Shown in pieces: positions 12,493-25,990 of a stretch of DNA of 64,000 nt. Positions within the stretch are counted from its first letter, which is position 1; every line of letters begins with the position of its first letter. Both the position numbers and the translations under genes were made by a program. Location of the stretch: assembly GCA_028826165.1 (NCBI GenBank), contig JAPDFW010000070.1, forward strand, positions 62,001 through 126,000, read 5' to 3'. The notes under the pieces were generated by a model. The model saw only the letters and a list, made by a program, of their open reading frames with translations. It made no database searches and was not told where the DNA came from. This DNA is from Anaeramoeba ignava BMAN. Taxonomy: Eukaryota; Protista; Anaeramoebae.

Positions 12493-14845
12493 TCAAAAAA
12501 TGAAACAATTTTCTTTTTCTTTTTTGTTTGTTATTTTCTTTCTTTCATTCATTTCAAATTTAATAAATTCTTTTCTTAATAAATCAAATAAATTTGGATG
12601 TGTTTGATTTAATTGAAAATAATCAATTCCAATTTGAATTTCATTAAGAATTTCTTTTGTAATTTTGATTTGATTTTGATTTTCAATTTGATTTTCATTT
12701 TCATTTTGATTTTCATTTTGATTTTCATTTTGATTTTCATTTTCAATTTGATTTTGATTTTGATTTTGATTTTGATTTTGATTTTCATTTTGATTTTGAT
12801 TTTCAATTTGAATTTCAATTTGATTTTGATTTTCAATTTGATTTTGATTTTGATTTTGATTTTGATTTTCATTTTCATTTTCATTTTGATTTTGATTTTG
12901 ATTTTCATTTTCATTTTCATTTTCATTTTGATTTTGATTTTGAATTTTAATTTGATTTTAATTTTGATTTTGATTTTTTGAATTTGATTTTGATTTTCAA
13001 TTTGATTTTGATTTTGATTTTGATTTTGATTTTGATTTTGATTTTGAATTTGATTTTGATTAATTAATTCATTATAATCATCAATTTCAATAATTTCTTT
13101 TGTAATTTGTTTTGTATTATCAAAATATTCTAATATTTCAAATTTTTCTTCATTTAATTCTTGATAATCATCAACTTGAATAATTTCTTTTGTAATTTGA
13201 ATTTCATCTTTAATTTGATTTGAATAAATCCAATATTCAAATATTTGAAATGCTTCATTACTTAATTCACTATAATCTGTAACTTTATTTGAAGTATCAT
13301 TTGTTACAGATAAAAACATTCCTCGATATAATTCACTTCTCATTATTAATATTAATTTTGGAAATTTATATTGTTTTTCTTTTCTTTCAATTATAAAATC
13401 TTTTTCATTTTCATTTAAATAAATTTTTTTCATTGTTTCTTCAATTTTTTCATTTGAATTTATAATTTCTTTAATTTCTGAATATAATTTTGGATTTATT
13501 TTGGAATTGTTTGAATAAATCATTTCAAATATTTGATTTGATTCTTTAATTGATTTTTTTGAAATAATTTCTTGAAGTTTTTCAATTTGATTTTGATTTT
13601 GATTTAATCTATATTTCAATATTAATTTATGAGCTTCAATTATTTCTCCATTTTCGGTTTTAAATGAAATATCACAAAATTCTTTTCTTCTAAATAGTTT
13701 TATCAAATCTTCTTCAAGATTGGAAAAAGAAGGAGGAGAATAATAAAGAAATGATTTGTTATATCCACAAGAAATATGATAATTGGAAATATCTTCATTA
13801 AATCTTAATTTAGGAAGTTCAATTTGAATTGGAATTAATTGATAATTTGTATTTCCAGTTCCTAATTGACCATAATTATTATTTCCAAATCCTATTAATT
13901 TCCCTTTTCTTGTTAAAATCAAAGTATGATTAATCCAACAGAAAAATCAACAATATTATTATTTTCAAATAAAGATGATTTGATTTCAGTAAATTCATAA
14001 GTATCTTCATATTTGCCAAGTCCATTATATTGGTAATATCCACATGAATAAAGTTTTCTTTTTGGATTTTGATTTTCATTTTCATTTTCATTTCAATCAA
14101 CATTATTGAATAATAAGATCCACATTGAATATCAATTATTTTACCTTTTGGAATATTTCGGATTTTGGTTAATTTTTGGATTGTTTCTTGTATAACCTAA
14201 TCCAAGTTGTCCCCAATGATTATCTCCACATCCAAATAATTCTTGATTTGAATTTAAAAGAAAAACATGATACGAAGAATTTCCTGAAAATATTTTAGAA
14301 ACATTTTTCATCATTAAAATTGGTTTTTCTGTATATTGGAAGTTTTTATAAGCAAAACCAAGTTGACCAAAATAATTTGAACCAATTCCATAAACATTTT
14401 GATTTAAAGTTAATAAGTAAATTGAATATTTTCCAGAAACAATATCTTCAATTATTCTATCATTTGTATCTTCAATTAATGATGAAATATTGATAAATTC
14501 ATTTGGATTTTTTGGATTAGAATAAGATATGTGACGAAATACATTTCCTTCTTTTGTTAAAATAGCTTCATTTTGCCAACCAATAGTTATTTTTTGAATA
14601 TTTTTAATTTGGATTTTTGAAGGATTTTCATTTGAATCTTCTTCATTTAAATATTCTATTGCTTTTCCATTTTCAAAAAGGAAAATTATTGAATTATAAC
14701 CTGATGAAATTTGTTTAATTTGTTTTTCATTTTCATTTTCATTTTCATTTTCAAATTTAAATTGAATTGGTTTTGTTATTTTATTTGGTTCATTTTTGAT
14801 AAGTTTTGGTTTTAGATTTGAACCAAAAAATATAATTTCATTCAT
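12493..14845 (-). CDS. RCC1-repeat + tandem BTB protein, copy 1 (C-terminal CaaX; apparent frameshifts)
   Basis: RCC1 motifs [24 protein letters not shown] and [13 protein letters not shown], then BTB-BTB and an NQ insert. The 3' end is nearly identical to that of the 18533 copy, ending ENCFIF*. Frame breaks near 14160, 14090, 13930 and inside the NQ repeat. Confidence 0.8.
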
Positions 14846-15056
14846 TTTTGAAAAGTAAAAAAATGAAAAAAATAATTTTGGAATTTTGATTTTAATTATT
14901 AATTATTAATTTTGATTTTGATTTTGATTTTGATTTTGATTTTGATTTTGATTTGAATTTTTATTTTAATTTTAATTTTAATTTTAATTTTAATTTTAAT
15001 TTTTATTTTAATTATTAAATTTAATTTTAATTTTAATTTTAATTTTAATTTTAATT

Positions 15057-15375
15057 TTAATTTTGATTATTAAATTTGTTAATTAATAAATCAATTAAAT
15101 TTGGATTTGTTTGATTTAATTGAAAATAATCAATTCCAGTTTCTAATTCATCAATAATTTCTTTTGTAATTTCAATTTCATCTTTAATTTGATTTGAATA
15201 AATCCAATATTCAAATATTTGAAATGATTTATTACTTAATTCACTATAATCTGTAACTTTATTAGAAGTATCGTTTGTTACAGATAAAAACATTCCTCGA
15301 TATAATTCACTTCTCATTATTAATATTAATTTAGGAAATTTATATTGTTTTTCTTTTCTTTCAATAATAAAATAT
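15057..15375 (-). pseudogene. 5'-truncated RCC1-BTB paralog (second BTB only, ends NKFNNQN)
   Basis: Near-identical to the 3' end of the 24051-25826 gene. Homology stops abruptly at about 15375, where non-coding AT-rich DNA begins. Confidence 0.7.
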
Positions 15376-16142
15376 TTTAATTAATTTATTTCAAAAATGA
15401 AATAAAGAATATTAAATAATTAAATTTAAAATTAATTATATTTTATATATTTTATTAATATTTCTTTATTTAAAATAATATAAAATTATTCTCAATAATT
15501 TAATAAAATTGAAAAGAAAATTGAAATATTTTAATAAAGATAAATATTTAATTTTAATAATATTTAATAATAATTTAATTTAAATTTATTTTATTTTAAT
15601 TTGAAATAATATTTTTATTTATTATATTAATATTTTTAATTATTTATTATTCCAATTTTAATTATAATAAAATATATTAAAAATAAAATTAAAAATTAAA
15701 AATTTTAAATAAATTGAATTTAACATGATTGAATAAGATAAACTTTCTAAAAAATAATTTACTAATTATTCTATTTTTGATTTTGATTATAATTTATTAA
15801 TATTTAAATATTAATTAATAATAAATTTTATTTGATTTTTTTATTTTAATATTTTAATTAATGAATTTAAATTTAATTATTAATTTCTATTTTCAATTTT
15901 TATTTTTATTTATTATATTAAAAATATTCAATTTTTAAAATTTATTATTTTTTTTGGATTATTTTTATTAATTAAATTTTTAATAAATATTTTAAATTAA
16001 AATTAAATTATTTAAAATTAAATTTGTTTCTTATTTATTATTTTAAAGAAATTAATTTGATTAAAAGTAAATTAAAATTGAATTAAATTTTGAAAAAAAA
16101 AATTAAAAAAAAAAGTTTGATTTTCTTATTATTAATTAATTT

Positions 16143-17868
16143 TTAAATGAAATAAGATTCAACTTCATCAACAACCCATTTATTATAAGAACCAGCTAAA
16201 TAACTTTTAGCTTCATTTGTTCCATAAGTAATTCCATTAGGTAGATTATAATTATTACCAAAATTTGAATAACCAGGTTGTAAATTAGAAACTAAATAAA
16301 AATCATAATTACCAAAATGTGGACCACTATTTAAAGCAGAAAAAATTGCACGATTTTGTTTATATGTAAACTTTGCAGGTATTCTATCCCCTTTATCATT
16401 TCTTAATGAAAAAATAAATGCATTTGAATCATTACTGTATTCTCCACCTGTTGAATATTTAAATCCAACTTGAGTAAAACCTCCAAAAATAAAATTATCT
16501 TTTGTTTTGATAATAACTAATGTTTTTCCTTTCCCATCAACTGCTTTATGCCAATTTTGAGAATTAAATCCATCTCTTTTTGCTGAAAATCCTTTTTTCA
16601 TTTTAGAAAAAAAATCATTATCATTTATCCATTCTTGTAATTTCTTAACATATTCAATATCTTGAACAATTTCTGAATCTGAAAATTGAGGAAATTTCTT
16701 TCTTAATTCAATCTCTACTTTCAAATCTTGATTCTCTTTCTTCCATTTTTCTTCAATTTCTTTGTTTTTATCTTCAATTTCTTTCTTCCATTTCTCTTCA
16801 ATTTCAATTTTCATTTGTTGATTTTCTTTCTCTTTATTTTCAACTTCTTTCTTCCATTTCTCTTCAATTTCTTTCTTCCATTTCTCTTCAATCTCAATTT
16901 TCATTTGTTGATTTTCTTTTTGATTCTCTTCAATTTCTTTGTTTTTATTCTCAACTTCTTTCTTCCATTTATCTTCAATTTCCTTTTCTTTGTTTTCAAT
17001 TTCTTTTTGATTGTCTTGAATAACTTTGTTTTGAATATCAACTAAAAAAGATTTAGGGAAAAAATCAAATTGTTTTAATTTATCAAAATCTTGTTTTGAA
17101 ATTGAATCTTTATCAAATAATGAAAAAAAAGAATGAAATAATCTTTTCTTTTCAATTCCCTTTTCTTTTTCTTTTTCTTTTTCTTTCTTTCCTTTTAATC
17201 TTTCATTTCTTTTTTCAATCCAATTATTTAAAAATTGAAAAAAATCAAATTGAAAAATTTCTTTTTTTTCTTGTTTAAATTGAATAAATTTGATAATTTC
17301 TTCTTTAGTTAAATTGAATAAATTCTCATTATTTTGAATTTGGGAAAAATTTTGATTTATTAATTCAAAACATTTTATTTCAATTTCATTTGAATTTAAA
17401 TTTCGATTTTGGAATAAAAATTGGAAAAAATTTGAATAATTAATTGAATTTAAAATTTTTTTGAATAATTTCTTTCAATAAATTTAATTTAAAATAAATT
17501 GAAATTTCCAATAATTGAATAAGATTTTCTTGATTCTCAAAAGAAATATTTCCATAATAAATATAACTCAAAATTGATTCCATTTCTTTTTTATTAAATT
17601 GATTTAAAGAAATAGAAAGAGATTCTTGCCTTAATGATTCATTAAAAAAAGGAGATCTTGAAGATAAAATTGATTTATGAACTTTAATTTCAAAAGGATT
17701 TGATTTATTCTCAACAAAAATTGAAAAATCTTTAAATGAATTTCCATTTAAAAGGTTTGAATAATCTTTAATTAAATTTTTTGTTACTTTTTTTTCTAAA
17801 TTTTTCATTTCATTTTCATTTTGATTTTGATTTGCATTTTGAATTTGGTTATTATTATTATTATCCAT
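16143..17868 (-). CDS. BTB-(BACK-like)-coiled-coil-TLDc protein (frameshift near 17450)
   Basis: BTB (KDFSI..IKVHKSILSSRSPFF), EEKWKKE heptad-like repeats, and TLDc (FSAKRDGF..WHKAVDGKGKTLVIIKT..IFGGFT..AFIFSL..GPHFG..VDEVESY). Confidence 0.85.
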
Positions 17869-18532
17869 TTTGTTTTTGTTTTTGTTTTTGTTTTTGTTTT
17901 TAAAAAAAAAGGAAAAAATGAAAAAAAAAATTTAAAAAAAAAAATGAATAAAAAAAGTGGATTTTGAAAATAAATAAAAATATAAAAAATAAGAATAAAT
18001 TTAAATTAATAATTAATTTAATTTTCTTTTTAATTTATTATTTTAAATTAATTTATTAATAAATTATTATTTTTTATTAATTTTTATTATTAAAAAAAGG
18101 AAAATTATTTTAATTTAATTTTTAATTTTTTTTGGAATTTAAAAATTATTAATAAATTTAAATTTTAAAACAAATTTCAAATTAATATTAATTCAATTTA
18201 ATTCAAAAAAAGATAAAATTTTAATTTCAAAAAATCAATTTTCAAAATATTTTTAAATAATAAAATATTTAAATCTAAAACAATAAATTATTATTTTAAA
18301 CATAAAATTAAATATTAAATTATATTTTCAAATTATTTTATAAATTAAATATTAAATTAAATCTATTTCCATTTTTTATATTTATATGTTAAATATTTAA
18401 ATAATAAAATATTTAAATCTAAAACATTAAATTATTATTTTAATAATAAAATTAAATATTAAATTATATTTTCAAATTATTTTATAAATTAAATATTAAA
18501 TTAAATTTAATTTAATTTATATTTTTAATAAA

Positions 18533-20822
18533 TCAAAAAATGAAACAATTTTCTTTTTCTTTTTTGTTTGTTATTTTCTTTCTTTCATTCATTTCAAATT
18601 TAATAAATTCTTTTCTTAATAAATCAAATAAATTTGGATGTGTTTGATTTAATTGAAAATAATCAATTCCAGTTTCTATTTCATTAAGAATTTCTTTTGT
18701 AATTTTGATTTTATTTTCATTTTCATTTTGATTTTCATTTTGATTTTCATTTTGATTTTGATTTTCAATTTGATTTTGAATTTGATTTTGATTTTGATTT
18801 TCAATTTGATTTTGATTTTCAATTTGATTTTGATTTTGATTTTGAATTTGATTTTGATTTTTTTGATTTTGATTTTGATTTTGATTTTGATTTTGATTTT
18901 GATTTTGAATTTGATTTTGATTTTGATTTTGATTTTGATTTTGAATTTGAATTTGATTTTGATTTTCAATTTGATTTTGATTTTGATTTTCATTTTCATT
19001 TTCATTTTGATTTTCATTTTGATTTTCAATTTGATTTTGATTTTGATTTTGATTTTGATTTTGATTTTGATTTTGATTTTGATTTTGGATTTGATTTTGA
19101 TTTTGATTTTGATTTTGAATTTGATTTTGATTAATTAATTCATTATAATCATCAATTTCAATAATTTCTTTTGTAATTTGTTTTGTATTATCAAAATATT
19201 CTAATATTTCAAATTTTTCTTCATTTAATTCTTGATAATCATTAACTTGAATAATTTCTTTTGTAATTTGAATTTCATCTTTAATTTGATTTGAATAAAT
19301 CCAATATTCAAATATTTGAAATGATTTATTACTTAATTCACTATAATCTGTAACTTTATTTGAAGTATCATTTGTTACAGATAAAAACATTCCTCGATAT
19401 AATTCACTTCTCATTATTAATATTAATTTTGGAAATTTATATTGTTTTTCTTTTCTTTCAATAATAAAATCTTTTTCATTTTCATTTTCATTTTCATTTA
19501 AATAAATTCTTTTCATTGTTTCTTCAATTTTTTCATTTGAATTTATAATTTCTTTAATTTCAGAATATAATTTTGGATTTATTTTGGAATTGTTTGAATA
19601 AATCATTTCAAATATTTGATTTGATTCTTTAATTGATTTATTTGAAATAATTTCTTGAAGTTTTTCAATTTGATTTTGATTTTGATTTAATCTATATTTC
19701 AATATTAATTTATGAGCTTCAATTATTTCTCCATTTTCGGTTTTAAATGAAATATTACAAAATTCTTTTCTTCTAAATAATTTTATCAAATCTTCTTCAA
19801 GATTGGAAAAAGAAGGAGGAGAATAATAAAGAAATGATTTGTTATATCCACAAGAAATATGATAATTAGAAATATCTTCATTAAATCTTAATTTAGGAAG
19901 TTCAATTTGAATTGGAATTAATTGATTTTGTATCTCCAGTTCCTAATTGACCATATCTAAATCCTATTAATTTCTAAAATCAAAGTATGAGAATCTCCAA
20001 CAGAAAAACCAAGAATATTATCATTTTCAAATAAAGATGATTTGATTTCAGTAAATTCATACTTTCATTTTGCCAAGTCCATTACATGAATAAAGTTTTC
20101 TTTTTGGATTTTGATTTTCATTTCAATCAACATTATTGAATGAAATCCACATTGAATATCAATTATTTTACCTTTTGGAATATTTCGGATTTTGGTTAAT
20201 TTTTGGATTTTTTCATCCAAATAATTCTTGATTTGAATTTAAAAGAAAAACATGTTTGAAGAATTTCCTGAAAATATTTTAGAAACATTTTTCATCATTA
20301 AAATTGGTTTTTCTGTTGACCATTTTGATTTGAACCAATTCCATAAACATTTTGATTTGAAGTTAATAAGTAAATTGAATATTTTCCAGAAACAATATCT
20401 TCAATTATTCTATCATTTGTATCTTCAATTAATGATGAAATATTGATAAATTTATTTGGATTTTTTGAATTAGAATAAGATATGTGACGAAATACATTTC
20501 CTTCTTTTGTTAAAATAGCTTCATTTTGCCAACCAATAGTTACTTTTTGAATATTTTTAATTTGTATTTTTTCAAGATTTTCATTTGAATCTTCTTCATT
20601 TAAATATTTTATTGCTTTTCCATTTTCAAAAAGGAAAATTGTTGAAAAGAAACCTGATGAAATTTGTTTAATTTGTTTTTCATTTTCATTTTCATTTTCA
20701 TTTTCATTTTCATTTTCATTTTCATTTTCAAATTTAAATTGAATTGGTTTTGTTATTTTATTTGGTTCATTTTTGATAAGAATTGGCTTTTCATTTGCAC
20801 CAAAAAATATAATTTCATTCAT
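18533..20822 (-). CDS. RCC1-repeat + tandem BTB protein, copy 2 (CaaX; RCC1 region with several deletions, possible pseudogene)
   Basis: Near-identical to copy 1 including flanks. It has multi-base deletions across 19950-20330, an intact BTB-BTB ORF and the terminus [10 protein letters not shown]. Confidence 0.7.
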
Positions 20823-21151
20823 TTTTGAAAAGTAAAAAAATGAAAAAAATAATTTTGGAATTTTAATTTTAATTATTAATTTTTAATTTTGATTTTGATT
20901 TTGATTTTGATTTTGATTTTAATTTTAATTTAATTTTAATTTTAATTTTAATTTTGATTTTGATTTTGATTTTGATTTTAATTTTTATTTTAATTTTGAT
21001 TTTAATTTTAATTTTAATTTTGATTTTAATTTTAATTTTGATTTTAATTTTAATTTTGATTTTCATTTTAATTTGAATTTTGATTTTAATTTTAATTTTA
21101 ATTTTGATTTTGATTTTGATTTTGATTTTGATTTTGATTTTTTTTTGGGGA

Positions 21152-23747
21152 TTAAAGATCTAAATCAGTATGAAGTTCTTTTTCATGCATAATTTCTTTA
21201 ATAACTTGTTTTTTTCTTTTTTTCTTATATAAAATAATTGCTAAAATAATTGCCGAAATAACAGCAACTGGAACAATTATTCCAACAGTTATTGTTGTTG
21301 TGTTTGAATTGATGTTGTTGAATTAGTTCCTGAATATTCATTAAATGAACAATTTAAATCAGCTGATGAATAAACTGAAATTTCATAATATTCTCCTCCT
21401 TTTAATCCTGAAGTAATTGAATAATAAGGAATTAAATTTGTTAAACAAATTGAAGTTAAATTATAAGTAAATGAATATCCTTTTAATCCACTTGATAAAA
21501 TTAATGGATCCCAAGTACAAATAAATCCATTAATTAATGAATAACAACTTAATGAAGTAATATTTCCTAATTTAGCTCTTATTGAAATAATTGAACTAGG
21601 TAATCCTAAATATGGTGTTTCACAATTTAAATCTGTACATCCTCGAATTGAAATATTATATTCAATATTTCCTGATATTTCACTTATTATTCCAATTACT
21701 TCATTTCCACTTAAATCAAGAGATGTGAATTTTTGCCAATTTGTTCCATTATTAAGTGAAATTGAATAATTATTTGCATTTGCTAATTTTGTGAAATTAA
21801 ATTCAATTTCTTCAATTTTGGAAATTGTTTCATAAATTATTGGAGCAGTTAAATTATCAGTTATAATTGAAATTGATGAAATATCTCCACATTTTCCATT
21901 TGAATTACATGCTGAAACATTGATTTGATATTCTTGATTTGGGAATTGAGCTGTGAATTGTTGATTTGATGATGTTGGTTGATAATTTCCTGAATCATTT
22001 TGAGAAATTGATTGATAAGTAAAATTATAATAAAATGGAATTGAACAATTAATTGGTTGATTCCAATTACAATTAATATCGACTAACTTTGAAATTGAAC
22101 ATGAAAAATTTGTAACTTCTCCAAAAAATAACGAAATAGATGACTCAACAAGTTCTCCTTTATCATCTCCTTCACATTCTTGTGTTCTACATCCACAAAT
22201 TGAAACATTATAATCATTGTCACATTCTAAATTATTCAAAAGATAGGAAAGTGAAGAATTATCAACTGAAATGAAAGATATTGAATCAGGTTCAGATTGA
22301 ATGAAATAAGAAAGATTATAATGATTAAGATGAGCAATTCCTTCATTGATTTGAACATTTGGATAATTCCAAGTAACATTAATTGAATAATTTGTAGGAT
22401 TTAATAAATGAAAACCTTTTACAGAATCAATTTTTGTTGTTAAATTAATGAAAGAAGAAGATTCACCACATTTCATTGTTGAAACATCACAAGCTTTGAT
22501 TTGAATTGAATAATATTCATTCCCAGTAATATTATCATAAAATGAAGAATTAAATTGTTGATAATAAACATTCTCATATTCAAGAATTGGAGAATCAATA
22601 TCAATCCAATCATATCCATAATTAATTTGATACTCCACAGTTCTGAAAAATTCAATTTTATCCCAATAGCAATCAAATAATGAAAACAAAGATGAACAAT
22701 TAACAATATTAACTTGAGGAACTAAATGAGTTTCATAAACAAATGTTTGATTTTCATAAGGAGATCCAATAACAGTAAAATTCCCATAATTTGAAACACT
22801 CCATCCAAAATATTGAGTTGATTCATTAAAGATTTTCTCTTCATTCCAGTTTGTTCCATTATATCTGTAAGCAAATACTTGATTTGAATTAATTCATACA
22901 AGATTTGTTCTTGATTCCAATTTGTTCCATTATATCTGTAAACAACTGCTTGATTTGAATTAGTTCCAATAACAATAGCATTTTGATAAATTGAAACACT
23001 TTCTCCAAAACCTGGAATTGAAGATTCATTCAAAATTTGTTCAAGATTCCAAATTGATCCATTATATCTGTAAACATAGACCTGCTTTGGACCAGGTGCT
23101 CCAACGACAAGAACATCTTCATAAATTGAAAGAGAAAATCCAAAATAATTAGCAACTCCTTGGAAATGTTTCTCAAGATTCCAGTTTGTTCCATTATATC
23201 TGTAAACACATACTTGATATCCATAATAACTTCCAACTCCAATAGCGTTTCCATAAACTGTAACAAGATATCCAAAATATGGGATTGAAGGTTCACTCAA
23301 AATTTGTTCAAGATTCCAAATTGTTCCATTATATCTGTAAACATATACTTCATTTTCGAAATCAGCCCCAGCAACAATAACACCTTCATAAACTGAAACA
23401 GATATTCCAAAATTTTGAGCTGATTCACTTAAAATTTGTTCAAGTTCAAAATTTGTTCCATTATATCTGTAAACAAATACTTGATTTGAGAGTAAAGTTC
23501 CGAAATATCCTGAACCTGAAAAATTCGTTAATAAATTCCAAATCCAAGCTTCATCTGGGGTAGAATAATATCTTGTTGTTTCTGTTAATAATCTTTTTGT
23601 TTCTATTTCTTGAATTATTTTGGAAATTGAATTTTGTTGATTTTGATTTTGATATTGATTTTGATATTGATTTTGATATTGATTTTGAATTGGTTGAATG
23701 AGGAAAATATTGAAAATTACGAAAAAAAAAAAAACATTTGATTTCAT
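21152..23747 (-). CDS. Type I membrane protein: FG-GAP-like beta-propeller repeats + fibronectin type III domains + TM helix
   Basis: Signal peptide, then repeats FGxSVSxYExVxVxGA..VYVYRYNGTxWNLEQIL and FN3-like modules (INVTW..YNLSY..YNVSICG). After a frameshift near 21295 it reads TVGIIVPVAVISAIILAIILYKKKRKK...DLDL*. Further frame breaks near 22880 and 22710. Confidence 0.75.
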
Positions 23748-24050
23748 TTTTGATTTTATTTGCTATTTTCAATTTGTTTACGTTTTTTTTTTTAATCTTA
23801 AATGATTTTTCTTACTTTGTTTTTGAAAAAGGAGAATGAGAAAGAAAAATGATTAATTTTTTTTTGATTTTTTTTTATTCTTTTTTTAATCCCCAAACCA
23901 AAATGAATTAAAAATGATCGATTCCTACCTCAATTTTAATTTTAATTTTAATTTTAATTTTAATTTTTAATTTTGATTTTAATTTTGATTTTGATTTTGA
24001 TTTTGATTTTGATTTTGATTTTGATTTTAATTTTAATTTTAATTTTAATT

Positions 24051-25826
24051 TTAATTTTGATTATTAAATTTGTTAATTAATAAATCAATTAAATTTGGAT
24101 TTGTTTGATTTAATTGAAAATAATCAATTCCAGTTTCTAATTCATCAATAATTTCTTGTGTAATTTGAATATCTTCTTTAATTTGATTTGAATAAATCCA
24201 ATATTCAAATATTTGAAATGATTTATTACTTAATTCACTATAATCTGTAACTTTATTAGATTTATCTTCAGTTACAGATAAAAACATTCCTCGATATAAT
24301 TCACTTCTCATTATTAATATTAATTTAGGAAATTTATATTGTTTTTCTTTTCTTTCAATTATAAAATCTTTTTCATTTTCATTTTCATTTTCATTTAAAT
24401 AAATTCTTTTCATTGTTTCTTCAATTTTTTCATTTGAATTTATAATTTCTTTAATTTCAGAATATAATTTTGGATTTATTATTCTGTTTGAATAAATCAT
24501 TTCAAATATTTGATTTGATTCTTTAATTGATTTTTTTGAAATAATTTCTTGAAGTTTTTCAATTTGATTTTCATTTTGATTTAATCTATATTTCAATATT
24601 AATTTATGAGCTTTGATTATTTCTCCATTTTTGGTTTTAAATGAAATATCACAAAATTCTTTTCTTCTAAATAATTTTATCAAATCTTCTTCAAGATTGG
24701 AAAAGAAATGAGAATAATAAAGAAATGATTTGTAATATCCACAAGAAATATGATAATTAGAAATATTTTCATTAAATCTTAATTTAGGAAGTTCAATTTG
24801 AATTGGAATTAATTGATAATTTGTATTTCCAGTTCCTAATTGACCATATTCATTATTTCCAAATCCTATCAATTTTGAATTGGAAGTTAAAATCAAAGTA
24901 TGAGTATTTCCAACAGAAAAATCAAGAATATTATTATTTTCAAATAAAGATGATTTGATTTCAGTAAATTCAAAAGTATTTTCATTTTTGCCAAGTCCAT
25001 TATATTGATGATATCCAGTTGAATAAAGTTTTCTTTTTGGATTTTGGATTTTCATTTTCATTTTCAATCAACATTATTGAATAAATACTTCCACATTGAA
25101 TATCAATTATTTTGCCTTTTGGAATATTTTGGATTTGGATTAATTTTTGGATATATGCTCCTGTTCTTGATTCTCCTAATCCAAGTTGTCTGTATACATT
25201 TAATCCACATCCAAATAATTCTTGATTTGAATTTAAAAGAAAAACATGTTGTGAAGTATTTCCTGAAAATATTTTAGAAACATTTTTCATCATTAAAATT
25301 GGTTTTTCTGTTGTTGGAAGTGTTTTAGAATCAAAACCAAGTTGACCATATTCATTTGAACCAATTCCATAAACATTTTGATTTGAAGTTAATAAGTAAA
25401 TTGAATAGTGTCCAGAAACAATATCTTGAATTATTCTATCATTTTTATCTTCAATTAATGATGAAATATTGGTAAATTCTTTTGGATTTTTTGAATTAAT
25501 ATCTTTTCCTTTGGCAAATACATTTCCTTCTTTGTTAAAATAGCTTCATTTTGAACACCAACAGTTACTTTTTGAATATTTTCTTCAATTTGGATTTTTG
25601 AAGGATTTTGATTTGAATCTTTTTCTGTTAAATATTCTATTGCTTTTCCATTTTTAAAAAGGAAAATTGTTCCAAAATCACCTGTTGAAATTTGTTTAAT
25701 TTGTTTTTCATTTTCATTTTCATTTTCATTTTCAAATTTAAATTGAATTGGTTTTGTTATTCTTTCTGGTTCATTTTTGAAAAGGATTGGATATTTATTT
25801 CTTCCAAAAAATAAACAATCATTCAT
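24051..25826 (-). CDS. RCC1-repeat + tandem BTB protein, copy 3 (no CaaX; frameshifts near 25530 and 25050)
   Basis: Three ORF pieces tile the same architecture as copies 1 and 2. Ends NKFNNQN*. Confidence 0.8.
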
Positions 25827-25990
25827 TTTTGAAAAAGAAATAAAATAAAAGAAAAAGAAATAAACGTTAAATCTTTTTTAATTATTTTTTTAACGGTTTT
25901 TTTTTAATTTTAATTTTAATTTTAATTTTAATTTTAAATTTATTTTTCTTTTTCAAATTTTAAATTCTTTTTTTTTATTATTATTATTAA

